From an uncultured Christensenella sp. (GTDB taxonomy: Bacteria > Bacillota > Clostridia > Christensenellales > UBA1242): 60,853 nucleotides of DNA. Made by a program: the position numbers and the translations under genes. The notes beneath the pieces are model-generated. The model did not search any database, was not told the origin of the DNA, and saw only the letters and a program-made list of their open reading frames with translations. Positions 20,564 through 30,954 of the stretch are shown here, one piece after another; the stretch's first letter is position 1; the number at the start of each line of letters is the position of its first letter. The stretch is from NCBI GenBank assembly GCA_949287685.1, contig CASEHF010000004.1, forward strand, positions 1 to 60,853. The letters run 5' to 3'.

Positions 20564-21436
20564 ATGAACAAATTTCAAAACTATGTTTGGGAAAATTGTG
20601 ACAGGGACAACCTTACCTACTCCATTGAGTACTGGAAAAAGGAATATCAGGCTGGCAAGATTGACTATAGCGAAATGCAGCACAAAGTCAACGCTGATTT
20701 TTACAAGGAGTATCTCGATAACTTTTGCGAAACAAAATTAAAGAACGGTCGCAGACCCAGCCAAGAATCACGCACGGGACTCGTTAACCTTGAGTTAGTC
20801 CAATGGCTCGTAATTTACGATGAGCAGAACCGCAAAGCGCAGTTTGTGCCATTCGTGTTTAACAACGACCAAACCAAAATAAAAACCTTACTCGACAATA
20901 AGTTATATACAATTTACCCTGATGAGGCTTCGCTACAGCGTGAAATCTCAAGGTTAGACTCTCTCAACGCTAGCAAAATTTACTCCGAACTTGTTAAAGA
21001 AAATGAGCGTATGAATAGAAATATCAGGGGCGCCAGCATAAACAAACGAAGCCTCGAGGAGACCGCGCGCGCTCGTGCGGGATTTGAGACAAAAAAGCAA
21101 ATCCGCGAAAAATTATATGATTTACTAAAAACGGACTATACCCGCAACCGCAAAGTTGACTCCGTCAAAATTTATGATAGTTTCGCGCTTATGGATTCTT
21201 ATGTGTTTTTTAAATCATGTGCCGACAGTCGCGGATATCGCGGAATGCTATTAAATAAATATGTCAAAAACATTGATAATCAATATGTGCTAGACTTAGA
21301 TTATATTGCCACTATCGCAAATGGCATTAGCGAACTAGAATCAGTCAGTATGCTATACTTTCTAGAGGAGCGCGACATACAAAATAAACTCGTAGAAAAG
21401 CAAACTCGCGCCTCTAAAAAAATTACAGATTTTTAA
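20564..21436 (+). CDS. Hypothetical soluble protein
   Basis: 290-aa ORF with GAGGA RBS and its own promoter TTTACA-17-TATACT at 20511-20539. Confidence 0.75.
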   Translation: MNKFQNYVWENCDRDNLTYSIEYWKKEYQAGKIDYSEMQHKVNADFYKEYLDNFCETKLKNGRRPSQESRTGLVNLELVQWLVIYDEQNRKAQFVPFVFNNDQTKIKTLLDNKLYTIYPDEASLQREISRLDSLNASKIYSELVKENERMNRNIRGASINKRSLEETARARAGFETKKQIREKLYDLLKTDYTRNRKVDSVKIYDSFALMDSYVFFKSCADSRGYRGMLLNKYVKNIDNQYVLDLDYIATIANGISELESVSMLYFLEERDIQNKLVEKQTRASKKITDF

Positions 21437-21457
21437 TGTTTGCCTTGTATTTATATA

Positions 21458-21491
21458 GTGCTATGCAATACTATGCAAAGTACTATGCAAT
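21458..21491 (+). repeat. Family B motif as three direct repeats
   Basis: GTGCTATGCAAT-ACTATGCAAA-GTACTATGCAAT. Confidence 0.65.
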
Positions 21492-21611
21492 ATAAAAACG
21501 CGTAAAATACGCGTTTTTTCTTATTTTTATCGATTTTTATTGTATTTCGTTTATTTTTAACTAGTTTGGTCCTATACATTCTCTCAATTCAAACATAGAG
21601 AAATTTAAGAA

Positions 21612-22940
21612 CTACATTAACAAATTCCCATCATCTGTTTCGACTACTTTTAAGATATTTACCTGCTGCCCTGTGTCCGCGTTTACATAGATATAGTAGG
21701 TAGAGCCACCACTCACACACATAAACTCATAACACAGTGTCTCCCCCACATAATCATTTGGAATGATTGCGAGTTTAACGGTACGGACATCGACATCCAT
21801 TGTCAGCGCCGCTCTTGCCTCGATTTCATCGATTGCGGGGCTTAAATTTTTTCTCTCGGTGTGGTTATATGCCCAACTCTGCGCTTCCCAACCTACAATA
21901 TTCCCAGTATCGCACGCAACCTTTACTTTAATCATATCGGGGTAAACTATGACATCATTTTGAATGCTGCATAAATTTACATACGCAAAACCTTCGCTTA
22001 CAGTACTCCAAACAGCCCTCACATCAGTAAAACCAATGCTTTTTGCAAAGGTTTCAGCAGCCGTGCGACACTCATCTTCACTCTTTACCGCACTCCCCGC
22101 TTCATAACCACTATTTAACTGAAGCAAAATTCCATCACGCTTTGTGACTTGTGCAAAATAGTTTTCATCTCCCTTTGAAATCATGAAGTTAAAGGTCTCA
22201 AATTTGCCATTTGTTTCACCATTTTGAGTTACTTCATAGCCAACAAACCACTCTTTTACTCGATTAAGCGCTTCCGTTGCATTAATTTCATTTTCTGACA
22301 AGCCTTTTATTTCTTTATTTGTCACCGAATCACTAAAAGGTCCATCATAGATAAGTTGCGGGTATTCGACAATATCATTATTTAGTCCATTGAACTGGTT
22401 ATTGAAATCACTTGTATCCTTATTTGGGTCCTTTACATGGTCAACAATCGAATAGTCAGTCGAAACCAGCACAACTAGGCGATTTAATTCGTATTTTATA
22501 TTTTGACTCGACTCGTGAAGTGCTGCAATTTGATCCATATCATCCATACTAATTTCATCACCATCGATTAAATCCTGCTGTAATACTAGACAAAAGCCAC
22601 TCAATTGATTGACAAAAGTTGTCGTATCGTTGATAGCATTATGCTCAATTGGCAAAGTGGCAATATTGTCTTGTGCCGTATTTGCGAGCGCCACAATATT
22701 TGAGAGATACTTGCTCTGCACATTTTTATCGGTCGAAACCTCTAATTTACTCAAATTTGACTCAATATTATTAATATTATCGGTTAATTCATATAAATTG
22801 CGCTGATAAACATACTCAAGTTGTGTTTTATACATACCCAAAGTATTTGCCGTTGTCGCCCAACTTACTCCAGCGTAAGTGAGCGCTCCCGCCCCCACCA
22901 CACAACTTAGCACTATCGCCGCAATCGCTCCTTTTTTCAT
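21612..22940 (-). CDS. ypeB: Spore germination protein YpeB (PepSY domains)
   Basis: N-terminal TM helix, YPQLIYDGPFSD and VYPDMIKVKVA motifs; directly downstream of sleB. Confidence 0.92.
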   Translation of the reverse strand: MKKGAIAAIVLSCVVGAGALTYAGVSWATTANTLGMYKTQLEYVYQRNLYELTDNINNIESNLSKLEVSTDKNVQSKYLSNIVALANTAQDNIATLPIEHNAINDTTTFVNQLSGFCLVLQQDLIDGDEISMDDMDQIAALHESSQNIKYELNRLVVLVSTDYSIVDHVKDPNKDTSDFNNQFNGLNNDIVEYPQLIYDGPFSDSVTNKEIKGLSENEINATEALNRVKEWFVGYEVTQNGETNGKFETFNFMISKGDENYFAQVTKRDGILLQLNSGYEAGSAVKSEDECRTAAETFAKSIGFTDVRAVWSTVSEGFAYVNLCSIQNDVIVYPDMIKVKVACDTGNIVGWEAQSWAYNHTERKNLSPAIDEIEARAALTMDVDVRTVKLAIIPNDYVGETLCYEFMCVSGGSTYYIYVNADTGQQVNILKVVETDDGNLLM

Positions 22941-23040
22941 AAAAACACTCCTTTTTTTCAAAAAATTACGCTTTTTTAGCAATTTTGCTACTTTTTATTA
23001 AAATTTTACGCATTTCGTAAACATTTTGCCAAGAAAGTTT

Positions 23041-23712
23041 TTATATTGCAAAATTATGCTTCCCTATAGTCGTAACTATAGTTCGTGACCATATCCAACT
23101 ACTGGTCGCAGTGTTAGGGTTGTAATAATACAACGCGCCATATGTCGGGTCCCAACCATTTAGAGCATCTCGAGCAGCATTGTACGCAGATTGATTAGGC
23201 TCGAGATTAATCTGCCCATCATTTACACAAGTAAAGGCATATGGTTGATATATAACTCCGTAAATAGTATTTGGAAACTTGCTACTAGCCACGCGATTCA
23301 ATATCACCGCACCTATTGCTACTTGCCCCACATATGGCTCCCCTCGCGCTTCGGCGTGAATACATTTAGCCAGTAGGTAAAGGTCATTGCTTGATTGTGA
23401 ACTCAAATTCATACCGAGTGCGGCGGCAGTCTTACTCCCCACGATACCATCGGGGTCAAGCCCATTGTTGCGCTGGAACCATATAACTGCACTACGAGTT
23501 TTTGACCCAAAAATCCCATCCACCTCTCCCGTGTAATATCCCCAATTTTTGAGTTTTTGCTGCACGGTACGAATTTGCGAAGTTGTCAGTCCTGTCTCAA
23601 CGGCTAGTTCAGTCGTGTAAGTATATGGATTAAAAAGCCCCACAACACCTATCCCAACAATCGCCAACAGACACAGCCCTAACCCGAACCCTTTTATCAA
23701 CTTTTTATTCAT
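23041..23712 (-). CDS. sleB: Spore cortex-lytic enzyme SleB
   Basis: Signal peptide, peptidoglycan-binding domain, AEARGEPY and DPTYGALYYYNP motifs. Confidence 0.95.
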   Translation of the reverse strand: MNKKLIKGFGLGLCLLAIVGIGVVGLFNPYTYTTELAVETGLTTSQIRTVQQKLKNWGYYTGEVDGIFGSKTRSAVIWFQRNNGLDPDGIVGSKTAAALGMNLSSQSSNDLYLLAKCIHAEARGEPYVGQVAIGAVILNRVASSKFPNTIYGVIYQPYAFTCVNDGQINLEPNQSAYNAARDALNGWDPTYGALYYYNPNTATSSWIWSRTIVTTIGKHNFAI

Positions 23713-23785
23713 AACCCCCTCCAAAATGCAAAATTTTTTATAAAAATGCGCTTTTTTAGTTAAATTTGCGCTATTTTACAATTTT

Positions 23786-24328
23786 TTAATTAAAAAACGA
23801 TTTGATAATTTCTACTAACTTCGAGCGATATACAATATTTTGAGAACCATCTAAATTTGCATTGACAAAGCAAAGTGGCGGATATACCACGCACCACCAA
23901 TTGTTGCCAGTACCGCTGCCAAGCTCGACAATTAAACTATCGTACTCACCACTCTCCAGCACAACATCATCATAACACCGCGTAGGAAACTCCTCGCGCC
24001 TTAACTCTGCCTTTGCCCCATAATTATAACCATAATTTTGCAATGTTAAACACACAACTTCCGTAATTTCATCAATATTTTTCGAAACTAATTCCATGGC
24101 CTCAGCCTTAGTAGTAGCCTCTGCTAAAATTGGAGTTAGATAATTTACCAATGCATCTTTGACCTGATACTTTACAGCCTGGTCAATTGTATCATTACTA
24201 TTTGCACGAATATGTATTCTCAAAAAACTGTCGGGGGTTAATGTTGGAGCACTCGCACTACTGAGCCCCACTACACCACCTAAAATCGCTAGTATTACCG
24301 CTATAATAATTCCTAATTGTTTTGCCAT
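23786..24328 (-). CDS. spoIIR: Stage II sporulation protein R
   Basis: LRIHIRANS and GNNWWCVVYPPLC motifs. Confidence 0.95.
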   Translation of the reverse strand: MAKQLGIIIAVILAILGGVVGLSSASAPTLTPDSFLRIHIRANSNDTIDQAVKYQVKDALVNYLTPILAEATTKAEAMELVSKNIDEITEVVCLTLQNYGYNYGAKAELRREEFPTRCYDDVVLESGEYDSLIVELGSGTGNNWWCVVYPPLCFVNANLDGSQNIVYRSKLVEIIKSFFN

Positions 24329-24392
24329 TTTTCCACCTCGAGTACAAATATTGACAATTATAAATTTTCTATAACAAAAATTTAAAAATAAA

Positions 24393-24424
24393 GTACTATG
24401 CAATCAAAAAACATTGCATAGTAC
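24393..24424. repeat. Family B perfect inverted repeat GTACTATGCAAT-N8-ATTGCATAGTAC (possible terminator)
   Basis: Perfect 12-bp stem with the same arms as 8686-8717. Confidence 0.75.
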
Positions 24425-24471
24425 CATAAAATTAGTGAAAATTTAGTATTTTTTGCACAATTTAAAATAAA

Positions 24472-25998
24472 TTATAGTTTTCTTTCTCTATATACAATTA
24501 CGCGGCTAGGGGCTGTAATGGGGAAAGTCAAATCAGGATTTTGCGCTAGTATTAATTCACTCGGGACATTGAGAGCCTTTGACACCTGCCACAAATCCTC
24601 CGCCTCGGGTATAATGTAGATACCAATTGCGTTTTGGTTTTCTGTCCTTTTTTCTCCCAAACTCACACTTTGTAAAATTGCGTTTGTATCGGTTTTTAAC
24701 ATAGTTGTCTCAATAGCGAGTTCTGCTAGAATGTCAATTTCTTTTGATTTTTTATTTCGAGCCTCGATATCACGCGGAACGATATTTATTGCAATTATAT
24801 CAGCATCGGCATCGCGCTTTAGATTAACCACAAACGGCACTTCGGCAAAAACCGATTGGGTCGTGCCCTCATCATCATCGAGAGTATAGACAATATTGCA
24901 ATTCATGACCCCCGTAACCATTATTTCGCCATTTTCGACCTCACGCGTTTTTTCAATCACATTACCCGCACAAACCGCCAGCACCCTATCGATTCGCGGC
25001 GAATCCTCCCCTAGCACTATGCTGCCATCAATTTTTTCAAAACTCAAATCGCTCGAAATAAGGTTTTGGGATAAAAAGGAAGCATACTCTGTATTGAGAT
25101 TATAGCGCGGGCAGAATGCATCAGCCACCACCTCGACTGTTTTATTTTGATGCACAAAAATATTTGAATGCACGGAATTTTTAAGAATAATCGTACTTTT
25201 TGCGCTATTTAACTCGCCTTGCACCTCATATGAGGTCATACACACTTGAATTGTAGCTGAAATTACATCAGTAGGAACTACATTGTTAGCAAGTATTTCG
25301 TGCGTAAAATTTTGCGTTATTCGCTGGTTTTTGAGTTTCGGCTGTTCATCAGCGCTCAAGTAAACAATATTAGTGTAAATTTCGCCACTTAGAGAAATAA
25401 CATCGTTTCCCGCCTCGGCTTTACTCAACACAGCCTTACTTTCAACGCACAAAATTTGACTAATCGAGGGTGGCAAATCGGACTCAATTTCGATTTCAAA
25501 ACTTTGCGAAGTCGCCGCAAGCAAATCAGAGTATGCTAAATCCTCCTTTTTCTGCTCCGCTACAGAAACATCCTCGATATATTTAACTTTATCAAGGGCT
25601 ATCATCACCGATTTTACCAAAATATTAGCCGTAAAAGTAACCGCCTGCTCTGATGCCTGCACCGCCGAAACCCCTACACTATGCGCTGTCGCAAAAATCT
25701 CAGTTTCGGGAGTGATTTCGCTATTCATAATATGTGCAGTAAAGTTCGAAGCGCTTTCTAAACAAGCATAACCTCCCTCAACCTTTTCAATTAGCACTTT
25801 AACACTCAACTTTCCATCAATTTGCGCACTACCGTTATTTGGAATCACTTGCTCAACGCACGGCATAACATTTAATGAGATTACTCGCAAAATCGCACCC
25901 TCAGTATTTGCCACAGTCATAACCGCTGGAATCGTATCTTTTCCTAAAAACTTAATGTACTTTACATCAAAATCTCCACTCTTTGGATTAAATGCCAT
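24472..25998 (-). CDS. SipL-like spore coat morphogenetic protein (DUF3794/SPOCS repeats plus C-terminal LysM)
   Basis: Three repeated beta-rich modules, C-terminal IYII...DLWQVSK...N LysM-like domain; downstream of veg. Confidence 0.8.
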   Translation of the reverse strand: MAFNPKSGDFDVKYIKFLGKDTIPAVMTVANTEGAILRVISLNVMPCVEQVIPNNGSAQIDGKLSVKVLIEKVEGGYACLESASNFTAHIMNSEITPETEIFATAHSVGVSAVQASEQAVTFTANILVKSVMIALDKVKYIEDVSVAEQKKEDLAYSDLLAATSQSFEIEIESDLPPSISQILCVESKAVLSKAEAGNDVISLSGEIYTNIVYLSADEQPKLKNQRITQNFTHEILANNVVPTDVISATIQVCMTSYEVQGELNSAKSTIILKNSVHSNIFVHQNKTVEVVADAFCPRYNLNTEYASFLSQNLISSDLSFEKIDGSIVLGEDSPRIDRVLAVCAGNVIEKTREVENGEIMVTGVMNCNIVYTLDDDEGTTQSVFAEVPFVVNLKRDADADIIAINIVPRDIEARNKKSKEIDILAELAIETTMLKTDTNAILQSVSLGEKRTENQNAIGIYIIPEAEDLWQVSKALNVPSELILAQNPDLTFPITAPSRVIVYRERKL

Positions 25999-26025
25999 TT
26001 CGCCCTCCTGAAATTTTCTAACAAT

Positions 26026-26055
26026 AATGTATTTATTAAAGTTAAAAAATATGAC
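26026..26055 (-). promoter_or_regulatory. Putative sigmaE promoter of the sipL-like gene (GTCATA-16-AATACATT)
   Basis: Fits the ATA-N16-CATACAAT consensus with mismatches; mother-cell gene. Confidence 0.5.
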
Positions 26056-26274
26056 AAAATTGCACTTATAGCAACATTTATGCGGCTTTTTCATAACATT
26101 AAGTATATGTTATATTACTTTCTCTAAAGATTTGGCTGTCTCACGGTTTTTTCACAAATCGAATTATTTAAACACCACTTAAATAATAAAAAATACTATA
26201 ATTCGCGAAAAATACGAAATTTTAACGAAAAAAGAGCAAAAAAACGCGTTTTTTTACGAATTTTTGCTCTTTTT

Positions 26275-26517
26275 CTATTCTTTTAATCCAATTTTAACAT
26301 CGCCGCAAAGCACATCACTGTAACTATAACTCAACTTTTCGTTCTTTATTGAGTTAGCGAGGCGGACTACAAAGACACTATTATAGATGTCCTCAAGCAC
26401 CCCTTCGTAACGCGTAATTTTTTTGCGACCCTGGTTTACTTCCATTTCGATATTTTTGCCTTTAAGCTTTAAAATCTCAATTTTCACTTGGTTTAAATCC
26501 ATTGTAGGTTTGCGCAT
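26275..26517 (-). CDS. veg: Veg family protein
   Basis: NQGRKK, YNSVFVV and SYSYSDVLCG motifs. Confidence 0.93.
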   Translation of the reverse strand: MRKPTMDLNQVKIEILKLKGKNIEMEVNQGRKKITRYEGVLEDIYNSVFVVRLANSIKNEKLSYSYSDVLCGDVKIGLKE

Positions 26518-26612
26518 AATACTCCCCTTTTGCAATAAAGTATGCGCAAAAACGGTGCTTTTAATCATATTTTACTAAAATTTTCACTTTTTTCACAAAA
26601 TTTACGGACATT

Positions 26613-29174
26613 TTAATCAAATTCGCCGCTGCTATTATCAATCTCGGGATTTTTGTTTGTCGAATCATTTGGAGCAAAGTTTGCGGTAATCACTCTCCCA
26701 ACAATTAGGTTAAAAGGAATGTCTGTACTCAATTTATAGGCACTCAAATCTGTGCCATCGCTGGCAGTCCACCCTACAAAATGATACCCAGCACTCGGAA
26801 CAGCACTCAAGTGAATTGTGGTTGCATCGGTTCTGTCATAACCGTTTATACGAACCTCACCACCCACGGTCGCGGTAGCGAGGACTTCGTTAGCAATTCC
26901 GCCAAAGCCGCCCGTTACCTCCTGCCCTGTGGGAGCAAACTGCGCGATTAGCACCCTCCCCATAAAGCTCAAGAGTGGCACGGTGATAACGCTATCCGTG
27001 TAGCCGAGTCCCGCACCGTTGTCCGTTATCCACCCAACGAAGTCAAAGCCTGCATACGCAATAGCGGTTGCGGTTAGGTTTGTGCCATCGTTTCTCATAC
27101 GAACTTCGCCACCATTGACTGCGTAAATCGCGGGGTCAGTGCCCGCAAAAATGGCTTGAAGCGAGATATTTGTAGTCAAAAATGGTATTGTGTAGACTGG
27201 GTTTTGGCTGATTTCCATACCGTTTGAGTCCGCCCACCATAAAAAGTAGTTTAGGGCAGTCGAAGGGATTGCGGTAAGTGTAACTTGTGTGCCGTAGTCG
27301 TATGTGCCTGCGCCCGAAACCGAGCCGAGATTAGAATCATTCACCGAAACCGAAACGGTGTACTGGAGAATTTGCCAAACCGCATAAAGCGTAACGGTGC
27401 CGTTTGCAGTAGTAGTGAGATTTGAAACGGTCTGCCCGTTTGTATAATCTACCGTTTGGGTATTTGAGCCAGTCTTTGCTGTCCTGCTCCACCCTAAAAA
27501 GTCGTAGCCCTCGTGAGTTGTGGTGGCAGGGCGCCCAGCGAGGCTCGTGCTAGTGCCATAGGTCATATTTTGGAGTGTCCCCGTACTCACTAAATGGCGA
27601 TCACACCACTCCTTGCTAGGCTCGTTCCCTGCGCCAAAGATTTTGGTTAAGTCAAGCATTAGAAAATCATCAACCCAAAAAGTGCCAGCAACTCCGCCGT
27701 TGTCAAAATCTATGCGGACTGGAACGGAACCCGCAGAGGAGTTGCTCGAACGGTCAACGCGAAAACTGTACATATTCCACTGCCCCGCGGGCCCCATTGG
27801 AATGCTGGCTCCAACACTTGGCTCCTCCTCGGGCCAGTAGAGTTGGGTGCCGCCGACCACAGTCTCCTGGTACCCCCAATACTGGAAGTAGAAAATGTGA
27901 TTTTTGTTGTCATTCGTGATACTCACACCGTTAGTAGTGTACGCGAGCGCCTCAGCTCCACCAGCGTTGCCCGTGATTTGGTAGGAATAACTACCGCTGC
28001 GGACATGGGCAGTGCTGTAACTGCCATTGCGCCAACCTGTATTTTCAAAACCCGCCGCGCTGCCGATTTCGTTTTCGTAACCGCTCGAGTTAAAGTACAC
28101 GGTATATCGGTTTGCGGTCCAATTGGCGGTTAACCGAATATTTCCGTACGAATTAGCAGGGACTCGCAAAGTGGTACCACTGATCGAAGGAGCCGTGCCG
28201 CCATATGTGCCGCTACGCGAAATAGACCAACTACTAAATGTATACCCTGCTCGCGTGGGAGTCGAGACCGTGTAGGTTCGGGCGCTCGTGGACACCGTGT
28301 AACTACTCGGGTGGCTACTCCCGTAATTACCACTGTTTAGCGTGTATGAAATTGTGTAACTTCGCCCGCTCCAATTTGCGGTTAGTGTGATGTTTCCGCT
28401 AGTGCTGGCGGGAATATTTAAAGTCGTGCTGGTGCCTGAAATCGTGGGCAAGGTCCCCGAGTATTCGCTGTCTGTCCATGAAACAGTCCACCCCGTGAAA
28501 GTGTAACCATTACGACTGGGGTTGGAAATTGTGAGGGTTTGCGCGCTAGTGCTGGGGGTATATTCCGCTGGCTGCGTACTCCCTGCACTACCGCCATTGA
28601 GGTCGTATGTGATTGTTGAGGGGGCAAGAGCCACTAAATTCCCAATTGGAAAAGTTATAGAAACAGATGGCTGACCTACATAATTCTGGTAAGATCCCAT
28701 TAATAGACTTGAATTTTGTAAACTTGAGGAAGCAAATGACCAAGTGTTTTCATTTCTTGAAAAAGTAATATTTGTTGAAATTGCTCTTGTTGAAAAAGAA
28801 GAATCTTCCCATGCATACCCAGGCTTTAGTTCAACTGTAAAAGTTAAAGAATAGAAATAAAAATAATAATAAAATACTTGATTTGGAGGAAGTGGCCATG
28901 GCTGGTTAACATATTCTGAACGAATCCACCCATAATATTGTCCACTAATAGAAGTTATTGTACCATAAGTATTATCATATGATACACTAGCACTTGGGCG
29001 CCCACCAGTAATACCTTGCCGGTAAAATGAAAGTGTACAACTCGCAGTGGCGGCATCGGCGGGAGTTTTTGTTTCAGGAGCATGGAGGAAATTAAAGAGA
29101 GCAATTACTAACATAATTACCAAAAAAGCATTGGTGACTAATAGCAAACTTGGCTTTGCCAAACCATTTCTCAT
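26613..29174 (-). CDS. InlB B-repeat (Listeria-Bacteroides repeat) surface protein with a central carbohydrate-binding-like module
   Basis: N-terminal hydrophobic anchor, repeats of PSRNGYTFTGW...ITLTANW, DLTKIFGAGNEPSKEWCD, and two GGEVR repeats. Confidence 0.85.
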   Translation of the reverse strand: MRNGLAKPSLLLVTNAFLVIMLVIALFNFLHAPETKTPADAATASCTLSFYRQGITGGRPSASVSYDNTYGTITSISGQYYGWIRSEYVNQPWPLPPNQVFYYYFYFYSLTFTVELKPGYAWEDSSFSTRAISTNITFSRNENTWSFASSSLQNSSLLMGSYQNYVGQPSVSITFPIGNLVALAPSTITYDLNGGSAGSTQPAEYTPSTSAQTLTISNPSRNGYTFTGWTVSWTDSEYSGTLPTISGTSTTLNIPASTSGNITLTANWSGRSYTISYTLNSGNYGSSHPSSYTVSTSARTYTVSTPTRAGYTFSSWSISRSGTYGGTAPSISGTTLRVPANSYGNIRLTANWTANRYTVYFNSSGYENEIGSAAGFENTGWRNGSYSTAHVRSGSYSYQITGNAGGAEALAYTTNGVSITNDNKNHIFYFQYWGYQETVVGGTQLYWPEEEPSVGASIPMGPAGQWNMYSFRVDRSSNSSAGSVPVRIDFDNGGVAGTFWVDDFLMLDLTKIFGAGNEPSKEWCDRHLVSTGTLQNMTYGTSTSLAGRPATTTHEGYDFLGWSRTAKTGSNTQTVDYTNGQTVSNLTTTANGTVTLYAVWQILQYTVSVSVNDSNLGSVSGAGTYDYGTQVTLTAIPSTALNYFLWWADSNGMEISQNPVYTIPFLTTNISLQAIFAGTDPAIYAVNGGEVRMRNDGTNLTATAIAYAGFDFVGWITDNGAGLGYTDSVITVPLLSFMGRVLIAQFAPTGQEVTGGFGGIANEVLATATVGGEVRINGYDRTDATTIHLSAVPSAGYHFVGWTASDGTDLSAYKLSTDIPFNLIVGRVITANFAPNDSTNKNPEIDNSSGEFD

Positions 29175-29433
29175 ACAATCATACCTCTTTATACTGTTAA
29201 AAATTTTCAATAAACTCAGTGTGTTTTAAGTGATTTTAGAGCCGTTTTTGTTAAATAAATGAGTACTTCATTCAAATTACGAGATAATTATATAATTATA
29301 CTATATAAAAGTCAAACAATATGACCTATATTAGTATATTTTATATAAATTAATCACATATTAGCAGTAACCATTCCTATAATTATCGTTTAAAAAATAA
29401 TATACTTAAATAAAAAAGGCTGGTAAATGTTAA

Positions 29434-29739
29434 TTGGAAATAAAGGAATTAGTAGAAAAAATAACCTTTTTTAGGGAAAAAGCACACTTATCAAAACGCG
29501 AATTGTCTATGAAAATTGGCAAAACGGAGGCTTATATATCACATTTGGAAAATCGCAAAACATTTGCCCCCACTTTTGAGGCTCTAAATGACATTCTAGA
29601 TGTATGTGATGTTACGCTTGAGGAGTTTTTTTGTACCGATTTAAAGTCATACGAGCAAGACAAAGAATTACGCGAAATAATTAACAATGCTAAAAACGAC
29701 AAAAAAGACTTGGCGCTCGCCGTATTGAAATCGAGGTAA
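29434..29739 (+). CDS. XRE-family HTH regulator (paralog 1)
   Basis: LSKRELSMKIGKTEAYISHLE and LEEFF motifs. Confidence 0.88.
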   Translation: MEIKELVEKITFFREKAHLSKRELSMKIGKTEAYISHLENRKTFAPTFEALNDILDVCDVTLEEFFCTDLKSYEQDKELREIINNAKNDKKDLALAVLKSR

Positions 29740-29741
29740 TT

Positions 29742-30050
29742 ATGGAAATTAACGAGTTAGTGGAACGCATTGCGTTTATTAGAACAAGGGCAAATTTGTC
29801 CGCAAGAAAGTTGTCAATACTCATTGGAAAGACCGACGGGTATATTCACAATCTGGAACAAGCCCGCTCCTTTGCACCTACATTTGAAACTTTTTGTGCG
29901 ATTTTAAAGGCGTGTAATGTGAGTTTTGAGGAGTTTTTTTACCCTAAAATCGAAAACTATAAACGAGATAAAGAGTTGCTAGAACTCTTAAAGACCGCCC
30001 CTGACGAAAAGCGCGACATAGCGCTCGCTATTTTAAAACTCAGCAACTAA
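29742..30050 (+). CDS. XRE-family HTH regulator (paralog 2)
   Basis: LSARKLSILIGKTDGYIHNLE; collinear with paralog 1. Confidence 0.88.
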   Translation: MEINELVERIAFIRTRANLSARKLSILIGKTDGYIHNLEQARSFAPTFETFCAILKACNVSFEEFFYPKIENYKRDKELLELLKTAPDEKRDIALAILKLSN

Positions 30051-30212
30051 GCCGCAAACTATGCGCAAAAACATTTGCATAGTACTGCGCAAATAACTGC
30101 ATAGTACCCTATTTCATCTTATTACTTTATTTTTAAATTTAATATCGATTCACTTTTTAATAATAGACAATACGCACCCACTTCTAAGTGAGGGCAATGA
30201 GCATTTATATAC

Positions 30213-30245
30213 AAAAAAACCGCTTCCCTATGGGAAACGGTTTTT
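30213..30245 (-). terminator. Terminator after rplA
   Basis: AAAAAACCG.TTCCC...GGGAAACGGTTTTT. Confidence 0.75.
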
Positions 30246-30273
30246 AATTAAATTACGCTAGTACTCTAACGAC

Positions 30274-30954
30274 TTACGCCTGAACCTTAATTCCAGGACC
30301 CATTGTGCTAGCGAGTGTAACGCTACGAAGGTAAGTACCCTTGCTAGCGGCAGGCTTTGCACGGACAATTGCATCCATAAGTGCCTGGTAGTTCTCCATA
30401 AGCTTGTCAGCACCGAAACTTACCTTTCCTATTGGACAGTGAACGATGTTGTCCTTGTCAAGGCGGTATTCAACCTTACCAGCGCGGACATCGTTGATTG
30501 CCTTTGTGATGTCGGTAGTCACAGTACCACTCTTTGCGTTAGGCATCAAACCTTTTGGTCCTAAAATTCTAGCGATACGCCCGATTGCACCGAACATATC
30601 TGGGGTCGTAATGCAGACATCGAAGTCGAGCCAGTTCTGCCCAGCAATCTTTGCCACAATTTCCTCAGCGCCGACATAGTCAGCACCAGCGGCTGTAGCC
30701 TCATCTGCTTTGTCACCCTTTGCAATCACTAGAATGCGGACTTTTTTACCAGTACCAGCGGGTAGTACCACGGTACCACGAACCTGCTGGTCTGCCTTTG
30801 TACCATCTACCCCTAACTTAATGTGGAGTTCGACAGTCTCATCAAACTTTGCGGTCGCTGTCTTAATAGCGAGGTCTAACGCCTCTTTTGGAGAATAGAG
30901 TTTTGCGCTGTCAACTAATGCAGCGGCTGCCTGATACTTCTTACTTGCTTTCAT
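30274..30954 (-). CDS. rplA: 50S ribosomal protein L1
   Basis: [19 protein letters not shown] and STMGPG motifs. Confidence 0.98.
   Translation of the reverse strand: MKASKKYQAAAALVDSAKLYSPKEALDLAIKTATAKFDETVELHIKLGVDGTKADQQVRGTVVLPAGTGKKVRILVIAKGDKADEATAAGADYVGAEEIVAKIAGQNWLDFDVCITTPDMFGAIGRIARILGPKGLMPNAKSGTVTTDITKAINDVRAGKVEYRLDKDNIVHCPIGKVSFGADKLMENYQALMDAIVRAKPAASKGTYLRSVTLASTMGPGIKVQA

Noticed and set aside
26613-29174. Diversity-generating retroelement or shufflon target
   Set aside because: No reverse transcriptase, template repeat, recombinase or inverted cassette in the window
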